Below are positions 28,018-36,678 of a stretch of 64,000 nucleotides of DNA, piece after piece. A program made the translations under genes and the position numbers. The notes below the pieces were generated by a model that was not told the origin of the DNA, searched no databases, and was given only the letters and a program-made list of their open reading frames with translations. The stretch's first letter is position 1, and each line of letters opens with the position of its first letter. This DNA is from Longimicrobiales bacterium (GTDB lineage Bacteria > Gemmatimonadota > Gemmatimonadetes > Longimicrobiales > Gaopeijiaceae), in assembly GCA_963664435.2 (NCBI GenBank), contig CAXXKM010000001.1, positions 1,440,001 to 1,504,000 of the forward strand, written 5' to 3'.

Positions 28018-29934
28018 TTACCCGTCTCCGCCACGCTGTCCGTCGAGCGGGGCGTATACGTGGATTCGGATGGCCGATGGGTCGCGAGCGGCCCGGCCGT
28101 GCCCGGCCGAGGGCGCGGCGATCGTCAGCCGCGCGCCATCGGAGCAGTTGTTGCGCGTGTTGGATTCGTCCGTCACGGCATTGACGCACAGGCCGATGTA
28201 GATGGTGCCCGGCGCGCTGCCGGCGTTGACCGAGATCGTTAGCGGGAACGCACGTTCCTCCTTGGCGCGTAGCGGCGCAAACGAGTACGACCCGATCTCG
28301 GTGTCGCGGGCGCTGATGATCGGATTCGGGGACCTCATGGCGCGGATCCTTGTCGCCCCCGACGCGACGGTGCCCTGGTTGCGGACGTGGAACATGAACG
28401 TCGCCGATTCGCCCGGCGTCAGCATAGCGAAGACCGGTGCCACGCCCGTGAACGTGAGGTCCGGTCCAAGCGCCACGACGGTGGCCTCGAAGGTCTGGGT
28501 GGCGGTAAGCCCTCCGGGGTCGGAGGCGGAGACCGTGATCGTGGCGGAGCCCTGAGCGAATGCCGCGATGGTGAGGGTCGAGCCCGACACCGAAACGGCG
28601 GCGACCGACGGGTCCGACGACGACGCGCCGTAGCTGAGCGCGTCCCCGTCGGGATCCGTGAAGTGCACCGAGACATCGACCGTCGCCGTCTCGCCGGCGT
28701 GGACCGTCTGGTCCGGCATCGGGATCGCCGGTTCGGGCGCCCGGTTGGGAACAGTCGTCTCGAAGGTCTGGGTGGCGGTAAGCTCTCCGGGGTCGGAGGC
28801 GGAGACCGTGATCGTGGCGGAGCCCTGAGCGAGTGCCGCGATGGTGAGGGTCGAGCCCGACACCGAAACGGCGGCGACCGACGGGTCCGACGACGACGCG
28901 CCGTAGCTGAGCGCGTCCCCGTCGGGATCCGTGAAGTGCACCGAGACATCGAGCGTCGCCGTTTCGCCGGTATGGACCGTCTGGTCCGGGATCGGGATCG
29001 CCGGTTCGGGCGCCCGGTTGGGAACAGTCGTCTCGAAGGTCTGGGTGGCGGTGAGCCCTCCGGGGTCGGAGGCGGAGACCGTGATCGTGGCGGAGCCCTG
29101 AGCGAATGCCGCGATGGTGAGGGTCGAGCCCGACACCGAGACGGCGGCCACCGACGGGTTCGACGACGACGCGCCGTAGCTGAGCGCATCCCCGTCGGGA
29201 TCCGTGAAGTGCACCGAGACATCGACCGTCGCCGTCTCGCCGGCGTGGACCGTCTGGTCCGGCATCGGGATCGCCGGTTCGGGCGCCCGGTTGGGAACAG
29301 TCGTCTCGAAGGTCTGGGTGGCGGTAAGCTCTCCGGGGTCGGAGGCGGAGACCGTGATCGTGGCGGAGCCCTGAGCGAGTGCCGCGATGGTGAGGGTCGA
29401 GCCCGACACCGAAACGGCGGCGACCGACGGGTCCGACGACGACGCGCCGTAGCTGAGCGCGTCCCCGTCGGGATCCGTGAAGTGCACCGAGACATCGAGC
29501 GTCGCCGTTTCGCCGGTATGGACCGTCTGGTCCGGGATCGGGATCGCCGGTTCGGGCGCCCGGTTGGGAACAGTCGTCTCGAAGGTCTGGGTGGCGGTGA
29601 GCCCTCCGGGGTCGGAGGCGGAGACCGTGATCGTGGCGGAGCCCTGAGCGAATGCCGCGATGGTGAGGGTCGAGCCCGACACCGAGACGGCGGCCACCGA
29701 CGGGTTCGACGACGACGCGCCGTAGCTGAGCGCATCCCCGTCGGGATCCGTGAAGTGCACCGAGACATCGACCGTCGCCGTCTCGCCGGCGTGGACCGTC
29801 TGGTCCGGCATCGGGATCGCCGGTTCGGGCGCCCGGTTGGGAACAGTCGACGGTGCCGCTGGCCCATCGCCGCAGGCCGCCGTCAGGATCGTCGCCAATA
29901 GCGCGACGCCGACATGGTTGCCTTGGGGTCTCAC
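28018..29934 (-). CDS. Lipoprotein adhesin with five cadherin/Ig-like repeats and a C-terminal CARDB-like domain
   Basis: ILTAAC lipobox; 5 x 91-aa NRAP...FTDPDGDALSY...SDPG repeats; PDLT...VRNQGT...VTDESNTRNN CARDB-like pattern; GTG start. Confidence 0.88.
   Translation of the reverse strand: MRPQGNHVGVALLATILTAACGDGPAAPSTVPNRAPEPAIPMPDQTVHAGETATVDVSVHFTDPDGDALSYGASSSNPSVAAVSVSGSTLTIAAFAQGSATITVSASDPGGLTATQTFETTVPNRAPEPAIPIPDQTVHTGETATLDVSVHFTDPDGDALSYGASSSDPSVAAVSVSGSTLTIAALAQGSATITVSASDPGELTATQTFETTVPNRAPEPAIPMPDQTVHAGETATVDVSVHFTDPDGDALSYGASSSNPSVAAVSVSGSTLTIAAFAQGSATITVSASDPGGLTATQTFETTVPNRAPEPAIPIPDQTVHTGETATLDVSVHFTDPDGDALSYGASSSDPSVAAVSVSGSTLTIAALAQGSATITVSASDPGELTATQTFETTVPNRAPEPAIPMPDQTVHAGETATVDVSVHFTDPDGDALSYGASSSDPSVAAVSVSGSTLTIAAFAQGSATITVSASDPGGLTATQTFEATVVALGPDLTFTGVAPVFAMLTPGESATFMFHVRNQGTVASGATRIRAMRSPNPIISARDTEIGSYSFAPLRAKEERAFPLTISVNAGSAPGTIYIGLCVNAVTDESNTRNNCSDGARLTIAAPSAGHGRAARDPSAIRIHVYAPLDGQRGGDG
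28488..29848 (-). repeat. Five near-identical 273-bp tandem repeats in A-B-A-B-mosaic order
   Basis: ccggttgggaacagtcg recurs at 28741, 29014, 29287, 29560 and 29833; diagnostic residues alternate between units. Confidence 0.95.
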
Positions 29935-29983
29935 TGCCCGCTACCCGCCTTGGCGGCGGCTCCCCAACCCTAACCGATCAATG

Positions 29984-30259
29984 CTACTGAATTGCGGCGA
30001 ATGTGCGCGACAGCGGTGCTGACGTGGCCCGCGAGAGCCGCAAGGAAGAAAAGGAGGGGGTCGGTGGGTGGACAGAGAAAGCGCCGATGCGCGGGAAATC
30101 GCCGAGTTTATAGCCGGCTCGGCTCGGCTCGGCTCGGCTCGGCTCGGCTCGGCTCGGCTCGGCTCGGCTCGGCTCGGCTCGGCTCGGCTCGGCTCGGCTC
30201 GGCTCGGCTCGGCTCGGCTCGGCTCGGCTTCTTAACGATGCCCCGTAATCAATACTCAT
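29984..30259 (-). other. Putative leader ORF containing the pentanucleotide tract (SRAEP repeats)
   Basis: ATGs at 30259, 30277 and 30307 read in frame through (GAGCC)n to TAG at 29984; translation is unproven. Confidence 0.4.
30116..30229. repeat. Perfect pentanucleotide simple sequence repeat, (GGCTC)22 + GGCT
   Basis: Counted directly; about 180 bp upstream of the surface-protein operon. Confidence 0.97.
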
Positions 30260-30966
30260 GGCCGAGTCAACTCCCATCGCTCCGGCTGTCGGCTTCTCAG
30301 GAATCATGAAAGCTACAGAAGGCTCCCCTCGCCAGCAAACGCCATGGGTGACCGGGGGAGGTGCAGGCGCATCCGCGCGATGCCCATCATCGGTGCGTCA
30401 GGTGCCTTCGCGGGCGACCGCCTCCGCCTCGCGCCCGTCCGGTCGCTCCTTCGGGCAACGGTGGCGGTCTCCGCCACCACCGCGTTCCCTACCCCTCGTG
30501 AACCCAAGATCCGTCGATCACGGCGGCGTTCCGGTTCGTAGCTCCCCCGAAATCTCTCACAAACGTCCGAAAATGGCCTGTGAGCCCGTCGTGGAAATGC
30601 CGGTGCGCCAGATCAGGTCTCGGTGCCCGCGAGTCGGCTCGCGGCAGCGGCCGGCACCGCGCCCCTGCAGGTTGGACCGCCGATGCGCCCGAACGACACG
30701 GCGCTTCGGCACATGTGCGAAGCAGGCCTCCGGGAACTTCGGCGAAGAGGAGGAGCGGGGCGCGGAAGTCCCGCCAATCAAGTACGTTTTTCCCGCTTTC
30801 GCGGCACGGCCCAGCAAGGTTCAGTACAACGGCAGGAAGCGCAGATCGTGCAGCCCTGTATGACTTTATAAGATTTTCTGCCGTGATGCAGGCCACCCTT
30901 GCTCCGCCGTTACGTGAGGGTTGGTGCGGGTGATCGTTCCGTTACCGTCCGTCGTCCTTCAGCGGC

Positions 30967-31782
30967 CTAGCGCCCCTGCGTCAGTTCGCGGATCTGGCGC
31001 ACCGCCGCCTCCACCTTGAGCTGGACGCCCATTCTGCCGTAGACCACCGAGGCCTTGGTGGGATCGCCGGACACGCCGCTGCCCTCATACCCGCCCCCGG
31101 GTGCGAGCTCGCCCTGGCGGATGTGCTCGGGCGCGATGTAGAGAAGCTGGGACGTGTCGCTGATGCCGGCGTGCCCGCCGATGGTCGCCGCGTCGTAGCC
31201 GTGCTCCTCCATGAGCCAGTCGCGGAAGCCGTTGCCCGAGTAGTAGTCGCCGACGAAGTGGACCCGGCCCTCCTTCCCTGCGCCCGCCCACTCCTCGTTC
31301 AGCATCTCGGACACGGTGCGCATGCCGTTCTGGTTTCCGCCGCTGTCGCCGATGAAGACGATGTCGGTGAAGCCGTGCACCTCGAGGCTCCGGGCCGCGT
31401 ATTCCAGCAGCTTCATGAAGTGCTCGTTGGGAAGCGTGATCGCCCCCGCGTAGCGCATGTGTCCGGTGGGCCCGTCGGGCCCGTCGATGGCGCCTTCGGG
31501 AACATAGGCGATGACCGGCGCCACCAGCGCGTTCCCCAGCTCGCGCGCGATCAGGTCCGACGCGTGGTTGATGATGAACTTGTGCTTGCCGAGCACCATG
31601 TGGGGCCCGTTCTGCTCGGTGCCCGCGGTGGGCACGATGATGGTCGTGACCCCCTCGTCGATGGCGGCCCGCACCTCGGTCCAGGTCAACTCGTCGAGGA
31701 AGACGGTGTTGGGCCGCTGCGCGGCGGCGGCGCTCGCGGTCACGAGTACGGCAAGGGTGGCGGAAGTCAGCGTGCGGATCAT
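30967..31782 (-). CDS. Creatininase family protein with signal peptide
   Basis: ELTWTEV, PTAGTEQNGPHM, GDSGGN, GGHAGISDTS, GVSGDP motifs; GGAGG RBS. Confidence 0.88.
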   Translation of the reverse strand: MIRTLTSATLAVLVTASAAAAQRPNTVFLDELTWTEVRAAIDEGVTTIIVPTAGTEQNGPHMVLGKHKFIINHASDLIARELGNALVAPVIAYVPEGAIDGPDGPTGHMRYAGAITLPNEHFMKLLEYAARSLEVHGFTDIVFIGDSGGNQNGMRTVSEMLNEEWAGAGKEGRVHFVGDYYSGNGFRDWLMEEHGYDAATIGGHAGISDTSQLLYIAPEHIRQGELAPGGGYEGSGVSGDPTKASVVYGRMGVQLKVEAAVRQIRELTQGR

Positions 31783-31814
31783 GGGTCCTCCCGGAAGGCG
31801 CGTCAGCGATGTCG

Positions 31815-32801
31815 TCACGGCTGTAGAATGGTGCATCCCTGCGTCTGCCGCGACTCCAGCGCGCGATGGGCCTCGGCGGCTTCTGAAAGCGGAAAGCGCT
31901 GGCCGATGTTGAGCCGGATGCGCCCGGCCTGGATGTGCCCGAGCAGTTCGCCGGATGCTTCTTCCAGGTCCTCGCGCCGGTCGATGTAGGGCTTGAGCGA
32001 GGGACGGGCGACGCTGATCCCTTTCGCGCTCAGGCGCAGCAGGTTGAGGGGCGGCACCGGACCCGAGGCGTTGCCGAAGGTGATCATCATGCCGAAGCGG
32101 GCCAGGCACTCCATCGAGCCCTCGAAGGTGGCCTTGCCGACGCCGTCGAAGACCACCGGGACACCCCGTCCGCCGGTGATTTCGCGCACCCGCTCGACGA
32201 AATCCTCTTCCTTGTAGAGGATGATGTGGTCGGTGCCGTGCGCCCGCGCCAGGCGGCCCTTTTCGGGGCTGCCCGCGGTGCCGATCACGGTGGCGCCCAG
32301 CGCCTTGCACCACTGGCCGAGGATGGTGCCGACTCCGCCCGCGGCCGCGTGCACGAGGACGGTCTCGCCGGCGCTCACCCGGTAGGTGCGGCGGCAGAGA
32401 TACCAGGCGGTCATGCCCTTCAGCATGGCTGCCGCAGCGGCCTCGTAGTCCACGCCCTCGGGCACCGCGACCAGCTGGTCGGCGGGCATCACGCGCCGTT
32501 CGCAGTAGCCGCCCGGCACGCTCCCGTACGCGACCCGGTCGCCGGGCTGGAAGGTCGGTCCGTCCGCGGCCGCCGGCCCGGCCGCCTCCACCACCCCGGC
32601 CGCCTCCATCCCCAGCACTGCGGGCAGCGACGGTATCGGGTAGAGCCCGCTGCGGTGATAGGTGTCGATGAAGTTCAGCCCGACCGCCTCCTGACGGACG
32701 AGCACCTCGCCCGGTCCGGGTTCCGGCAGGGGCACTTGTTCCCAGCGCATCACCTCCGGGCCCCCGAGCCCGTGGATGCGGATAGCCATGGTGTTGGTCA
32801 T
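31815..32801 (-). CDS. qor: NADPH:quinone oxidoreductase (zeta-crystallin/MDR family)
   Basis: GLNFIDTYHRSGLY, LKGMTAWYL, HAAAGGVG, VFDGVGKATF, FGNASG. Confidence 0.92.
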   Translation of the reverse strand: MTNTMAIRIHGLGGPEVMRWEQVPLPEPGPGEVLVRQEAVGLNFIDTYHRSGLYPIPSLPAVLGMEAAGVVEAAGPAAADGPTFQPGDRVAYGSVPGGYCERRVMPADQLVAVPEGVDYEAAAAAMLKGMTAWYLCRRTYRVSAGETVLVHAAAGGVGTILGQWCKALGATVIGTAGSPEKGRLARAHGTDHIILYKEEDFVERVREITGGRGVPVVFDGVGKATFEGSMECLARFGMMITFGNASGPVPPLNLLRLSAKGISVARPSLKPYIDRREDLEEASGELLGHIQAGRIRLNIGQRFPLSEAAEAHRALESRQTQGCTILQP

Positions 32802-32936
32802 AGCGGTCGTGTCGAAGGTTGAGTTGGATGTCCGCGCACGGCCTCTACTGAAATCAGCTGAGCCGGATGGCGACAGGGGCGTATTCGCCCGCCGCTTCGA
32901 CCGGAACCGCACGAACCGAATGGCGACGGGCCACGC

Positions 32937-33278
32937 TCACCGCGATTCCGCGATGCGCGCCAGGCCGGCACGCGACGCGCGCACGAGAGCCTTCAGCGTA
33001 TCCCGCGGCGACTCGCCCATCTCCAGCTCCAGCACGCGCTCATAGAGCCGGGTGGCGAGTTCGAAGTCGCCCCGACCCTCGGCCAGCCCGGCCCTGCGCA
33101 CCATCTCGGCCGGCGGGTCTTCCGGGCGTTCCGCATCGGTTCCCCGCACCAGGTTGGTCACCAGCGGCATCGAAAGCACGATCAGCCCGATGACGAGCAG
33201 GACGCGCCCGAGCTTGCGGTTACGCCGGCGAAGCGCCGCCCGGCGCTGCTGCGGTGACTCGTTCGGCTCGGTGGGCAT
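32937..33278 (-). CDS. Small membrane protein with one TPR-like helix pair
   Basis: Basic stretch, TM segment VLLVIGLIVLSMPLV, GDFELATRLYERVLEL. Confidence 0.6.
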   Translation of the reverse strand: MPTEPNESPQQRRAALRRRNRKLGRVLLVIGLIVLSMPLVTNLVRGTDAERPEDPPAEMVRRAGLAEGRGDFELATRLYERVLELEMGESPRDTLKALVRASRAGLARIAESR

Positions 33279-33413
33279 GGCGGCGTGGACTCGGTGGGCG
33301 ACAGGGCGTCGGCGGAGCCGGGGTCCCGGCGCGACGACGGCGGTCAGGTGCGCCAACGTTGGCGCTTGCCGCCCCTGGGATCAAGAGGACGCGTCAGGCG
33401 GCGGCTGCCCGCC

Positions 33414-34301
33414 TCACGGCCAGAGGCTGATGGGAATCAGCGCCATGGGCCTCTCCGCCATGCGCTGCATGAAGCTGTAGGTGTAGGCCCGGATCTCGGC
33501 GCCCTGGGAATAGACCTCCAGCGCGTAGATCTGCGCCGTCGGATAGCTCTCGAGCACATCCAGACCGCCGATGGCCGGCACTTCATCGATGTACACTTTG
33601 GGGCTGATCGTCCTTCCTCGCCGGATGATACAGTTTGTCGACATCGCGCCGGTCAGCCGGCTGAGTCCGTGCCAGCCGAGGCTCCGGGTGGAGTTCCCCG
33701 CGCCGAAAATGTCCATGCCCGCGGGACACGGGACGGGAAAGTAGCGGGTGTCCGAACGCAGGAACTCAAGAGCATTGGACGACGCGCTGCGCAACAGCCG
33801 TTCCTGGTTGAACGCGCGGGCCTGGTATGGAACGGCTCGCCGCCGCGTGCGCATGCGCCGCTCCATGGTGCTGATGTTCTCGACCACCGCCGTGACGCCG
33901 TCGAGCAGGATGGGCTGGGGCGTGAGCTCGATCTCGACGAAGGCGCCGTCCGCGGGCACCTCGACCGGCGCCGCCGTCTCCTCGTACCCGAACTGGATTG
34001 CGGCGACAAGCTGGGCGCCCACGGCGACATCATCGAAGCGGAACGTGCCGAGTGAGTCGGCCAGCGCGCCGCGGCTCTCCCGCTCCAGGTACACCGCAGC
34101 CCCCGCGACAGCGGTGCCGGTGAGTGCATCGTAGACGACCCCGTGCAGCATCACGCGCACGGGCGCGGGCTCCGCCTCCTGTGCCTCGACCGCGGCGGGG
34201 AGGAAAAGGCAGGCCAGCGCAAAAAGGAGGAAACCGGCGAGCGCGGCCGCGACGCCACCTCGCCTTCGATCCCGTCGTCCTGCCGCTGCGCTTCGATTCA
34301 T
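33414..34301 (-). CDS. Secreted protein with carboxypeptidase-regulatory-like domain and TonB-plug-like C-terminus, paralog 1
   Basis: Signal ending AVEA-Q; GVVYDALTGTAVAGAAV; PKVYIDE...IYALEVY. Confidence 0.8.
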   Translation of the reverse strand: MNRSAAAGRRDRRRGGVAAALAGFLLFALACLFLPAAVEAQEAEPAPVRVMLHGVVYDALTGTAVAGAAVYLERESRGALADSLGTFRFDDVAVGAQLVAAIQFGYEETAAPVEVPADGAFVEIELTPQPILLDGVTAVVENISTMERRMRTRRRAVPYQARAFNQERLLRSASSNALEFLRSDTRYFPVPCPAGMDIFGAGNSTRSLGWHGLSRLTGAMSTNCIIRRGRTISPKVYIDEVPAIGGLDVLESYPTAQIYALEVYSQGAEIRAYTYSFMQRMAERPMALIPISLWP

Positions 34302-34381
34302 TTCGTTCCTGTCGCACTTCGTCCGGGCGAGCCGCTGTTCCCTGTGCTGCGATCGGCGCTGCCGAAGAGGCGCTGCTCCCG

Positions 34382-35269
34382 TCACGGCCAGAGGGCGATC
34401 AGCGCTTCGGGGTTCTCGGCGATGCGCTGCATGAAATTGTAGGTGTAGGCCCGGATCTCGGCGCCCTGGGAATAGACCTCCAGCGCGTAGATCTGCGTCG
34501 TCGGGTAGTTCCTGAGTGCATCCAGGCCGGTCATGGCCGGCATCTCATCGATGTACACTCTCGGGCTGATCACCTGCCCCCGTCTCCAGATGCAGTGACT
34601 CGCCAGCGCCCCGGATACCTGTGAGGGAAGGCTCCATCCCCCCAGGCCTCTGGCCGGGCTCCACCCCGCAGTCGTCACGCCCACCCCGAGCGGACAGGGA
34701 CGCCGCCCAAGGTTGGTCTCCCGCCACAGGAACTCGAGGACATCGGGCTCCGGGCTGCGCAGCAGCCGTTCCTGGTCGAACACGCGGGTCTGGTACGGAA
34801 GGGACCGCTGCCGCGTCCGAAGGCGCCTCACCATGGTGTCGACGTTGTCGGCCACCGCGGTGACACCGTCGAGCATGATCGGCCTGGGCTTGAGTTCGAT
34901 CTCGATGGCGACCCCGGCCTCGGGCACGTCGATCGCGGCCGCGATCTCCCAGTACCCGAACTGGGTCGCGACGACGGTCTGCGAGTCGGCGGGGACGCCT
35001 TCGATGCGGAAAACGCCCCGTGCGTCGGTGAGCGCGCCGTAGTCTTCGTCCTCCAGATACACCGCGGCTCCCGCCACCGGGGTCCCGGTGACCTCGTCCA
35101 GGACGACGCCTTCGATGGTGACGCCGATCGGAGCCGGGGCTTCCTCCTGCGCAAGCAGCCCGGATGCCGGCAAGAGGCCGAGAGCTGCCGCCAGGACGGG
35201 CCCCGCCAAGGCGTCCCACAGGCGCGCCGGCCTGCGGCTCCGGCTTTCCTGGCTACCGTTTGGATCCAT
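34382..35269 (-). CDS. Secreted protein with carboxypeptidase-regulatory-like domain and TonB-plug-like C-terminus, paralog 2
   Basis: Same architecture and same length (888 bp) as paralog 1; shared QIYALEVYSQGAEIRAYTY. Confidence 0.8.
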   Translation of the reverse strand: MDPNGSQESRSRRPARLWDALAGPVLAAALGLLPASGLLAQEEAPAPIGVTIEGVVLDEVTGTPVAGAAVYLEDEDYGALTDARGVFRIEGVPADSQTVVATQFGYWEIAAAIDVPEAGVAIEIELKPRPIMLDGVTAVADNVDTMVRRLRTRQRSLPYQTRVFDQERLLRSPEPDVLEFLWRETNLGRRPCPLGVGVTTAGWSPARGLGGWSLPSQVSGALASHCIWRRGQVISPRVYIDEMPAMTGLDALRNYPTTQIYALEVYSQGAEIRAYTYNFMQRIAENPEALIALWP

Positions 35270-35367
35270 CTCGTCCTGACGCTCCATCGCGGGGGCCGCG
35301 CGTCTCGGGTGCCCGTTGTACGACGCGTCCTCCGGGTTCGTTCCCGCCCACAACTCATTCTGCCGGA

Positions 35368-36534
35368 TCAGGCCGTTCCGGACAATCGCCGGCTCATGCT
35401 CTGCAGCGATACGGCCTCAATTCCGCGCCGCAGGGGAAAGTCGTCGTCGCCCGGGTGCACGACGAACCTGCGCGCCGGCCGGAGATCGTCGCACGCGCTG
35501 TGGAACCCCCGCGACAGCGATGGAGCCGAGCTCCTCTTGATCTCGATCGCCCACAGCTCGCCCCCGCCCAGGTCCAGCACCAGGTCGATCTCGGCCCCGC
35601 CCGCCGTGCGGTAGAAGCCGGCCGAGGCCTTCGCCGGAATGCCACTCAGCAGGTTCTCGATGACGAAGCCCTCCCAGCTGCCGCCCGTGACCGGGTGCCC
35701 GAAGAGCGAGTCGAGAGAAGCGATGCCCAGGAGCGCGTGGCAGATGCCGCTGTCGCGAATGTAGGTCTTCGGAGCCTTCACCAGTCGCTTGCGCACGTTG
35801 GCGAACCATGGTTGCAACCGACGCACCAGGAGAAGGTCGACGAGGAGATCCAGATAGCGGCTCACGGTCACGCTGGCGACGCCGAGGCTGCGCCCGAGAG
35901 TAGCGGCGTTGAACGTCTGTCCCTGGCTATGGGCCAGCATGGTCCAGAATCGCCGCAGAGTCTCTCCCGGAACCCGGGGACGGAAGCCGGGGATGTCGCG
36001 TTCGAGATATGTGCGAATGAAGTTGAGCCGCCACTCCAGGCTGTCCTCGTCGTCGGCGGCAAGAAAGCTGTCGGGCAGGCCGCCGCGCTGCCAGAGCCTT
36101 TCGGACTCCCGGCCTCCGACTTCGCGGACGTTGAGCGGCTGCATTTCGCAATAGGCGACCCGGCCCGCCAGTGTCTCGCTCGACTGCCTGAGGAGATCGA
36201 TCGAGGCGGATCCCAGGAGGAGGAAATGTCCGGTCCGCCGGCCTTCGCGCCTGCGTCGGTCGATGATTCCCCGCAAGGGTTCGAACAGCCCCGGCACGCG
36301 CTGAATCTCATCGAACACGATCAGCCGGTTCGCGTTTCGATCGCAGTACGCTTCGATGTCCGCCAGCCTGGCCCGGTCGCGGGGTCGTTCCAGGTCCAGA
36401 TAGGTCGCGCCGCGCTCTTCGGCGATCTCCATGGCCAGGGTGGTCTTGCCCACCTGGCGCATCCCGGTGAGGACGACACCGGGGTTCCGCGAGAGCATGT
36501 GCTCCACGCGGCCTTTGCATTCTCTCGCGATCAT
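35368..36534 (-). CDS. ATP-binding protein (AAA_14 + DUF4143 family)
   Basis: GMRQVGKTT Walker A, FDEIQ Walker B, LLGSAS, ETLAGR, KAPKTYIRDSG, and nuclease-like EIDLV...AIEIK tail. Confidence 0.9.
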   Translation of the reverse strand: MIARECKGRVEHMLSRNPGVVLTGMRQVGKTTLAMEIAEERGATYLDLERPRDRARLADIEAYCDRNANRLIVFDEIQRVPGLFEPLRGIIDRRRREGRRTGHFLLLGSASIDLLRQSSETLAGRVAYCEMQPLNVREVGGRESERLWQRGGLPDSFLAADDEDSLEWRLNFIRTYLERDIPGFRPRVPGETLRRFWTMLAHSQGQTFNAATLGRSLGVASVTVSRYLDLLVDLLLVRRLQPWFANVRKRLVKAPKTYIRDSGICHALLGIASLDSLFGHPVTGGSWEGFVIENLLSGIPAKASAGFYRTAGGAEIDLVLDLGGGELWAIEIKRSSAPSLSRGFHSACDDLRPARRFVVHPGDDDFPLRRGIEAVSLQSMSRRLSGTA

Positions 36535-36537
36535 GCC

Positions 36538-36568
36538 TGCAAATCTAATATCTGATGTCGGATTTGCA
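36538..36568. promoter_or_regulatory. Inverted repeat TGCAAATC-N15-GATTTGCA directly upstream of the AAA/DUF4143 gene (probable operator)
   Basis: Perfect 8-bp arms in an AT-rich patch 4 nt before the ATG. Confidence 0.55.
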
Positions 36569-36678
36569 TAGGTACGCGAAACAGTATGGCCATAACCGAG
36601 GGCTTCCGGCAGTCCGTGGATGAATCGCGCGAGCACTGAGAGCGGCGAGGCGCCGGGCTGGCGAGGCGCTTTGACGGC

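Larger units (their letters stand above)
12209..30915. mobile_element. ~18.7-kb integrative element / genomic island with a tyrosine recombinase, bounded by CGTTACGT direct repeats
   Basis: CGTTACGT at 12209-12216 and 30908-30915; integrase next to the left end; paired TCCCGC motifs near both ends; accessory cargo; excision restores a palindrome between co-oriented creatininase and ALDH genes. Confidence 0.75.

Noticed and set aside
28488..30229. 273-bp repeats and the GGCTC tract as a CRISPR array
   Set aside because: No unique spacers and no cas genes; one is a coding domain repeat and the other a microsatellite.
29932..30259. SSR as a frameshift switch inside the adhesin coding sequence
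   Set aside because: An in-frame TAG at 29941-29943 blocks fusion of the leader to the adhesin at any repeat number, unless that stop is itself a recent mutation.
12209..30915. Prophage, ICE or diversity-generating retroelement
   Set aside because: No structural phage genes, T4SS, relaxase or reverse transcriptase, and no TR/VR pair with adenine-specific mismatches was seen.
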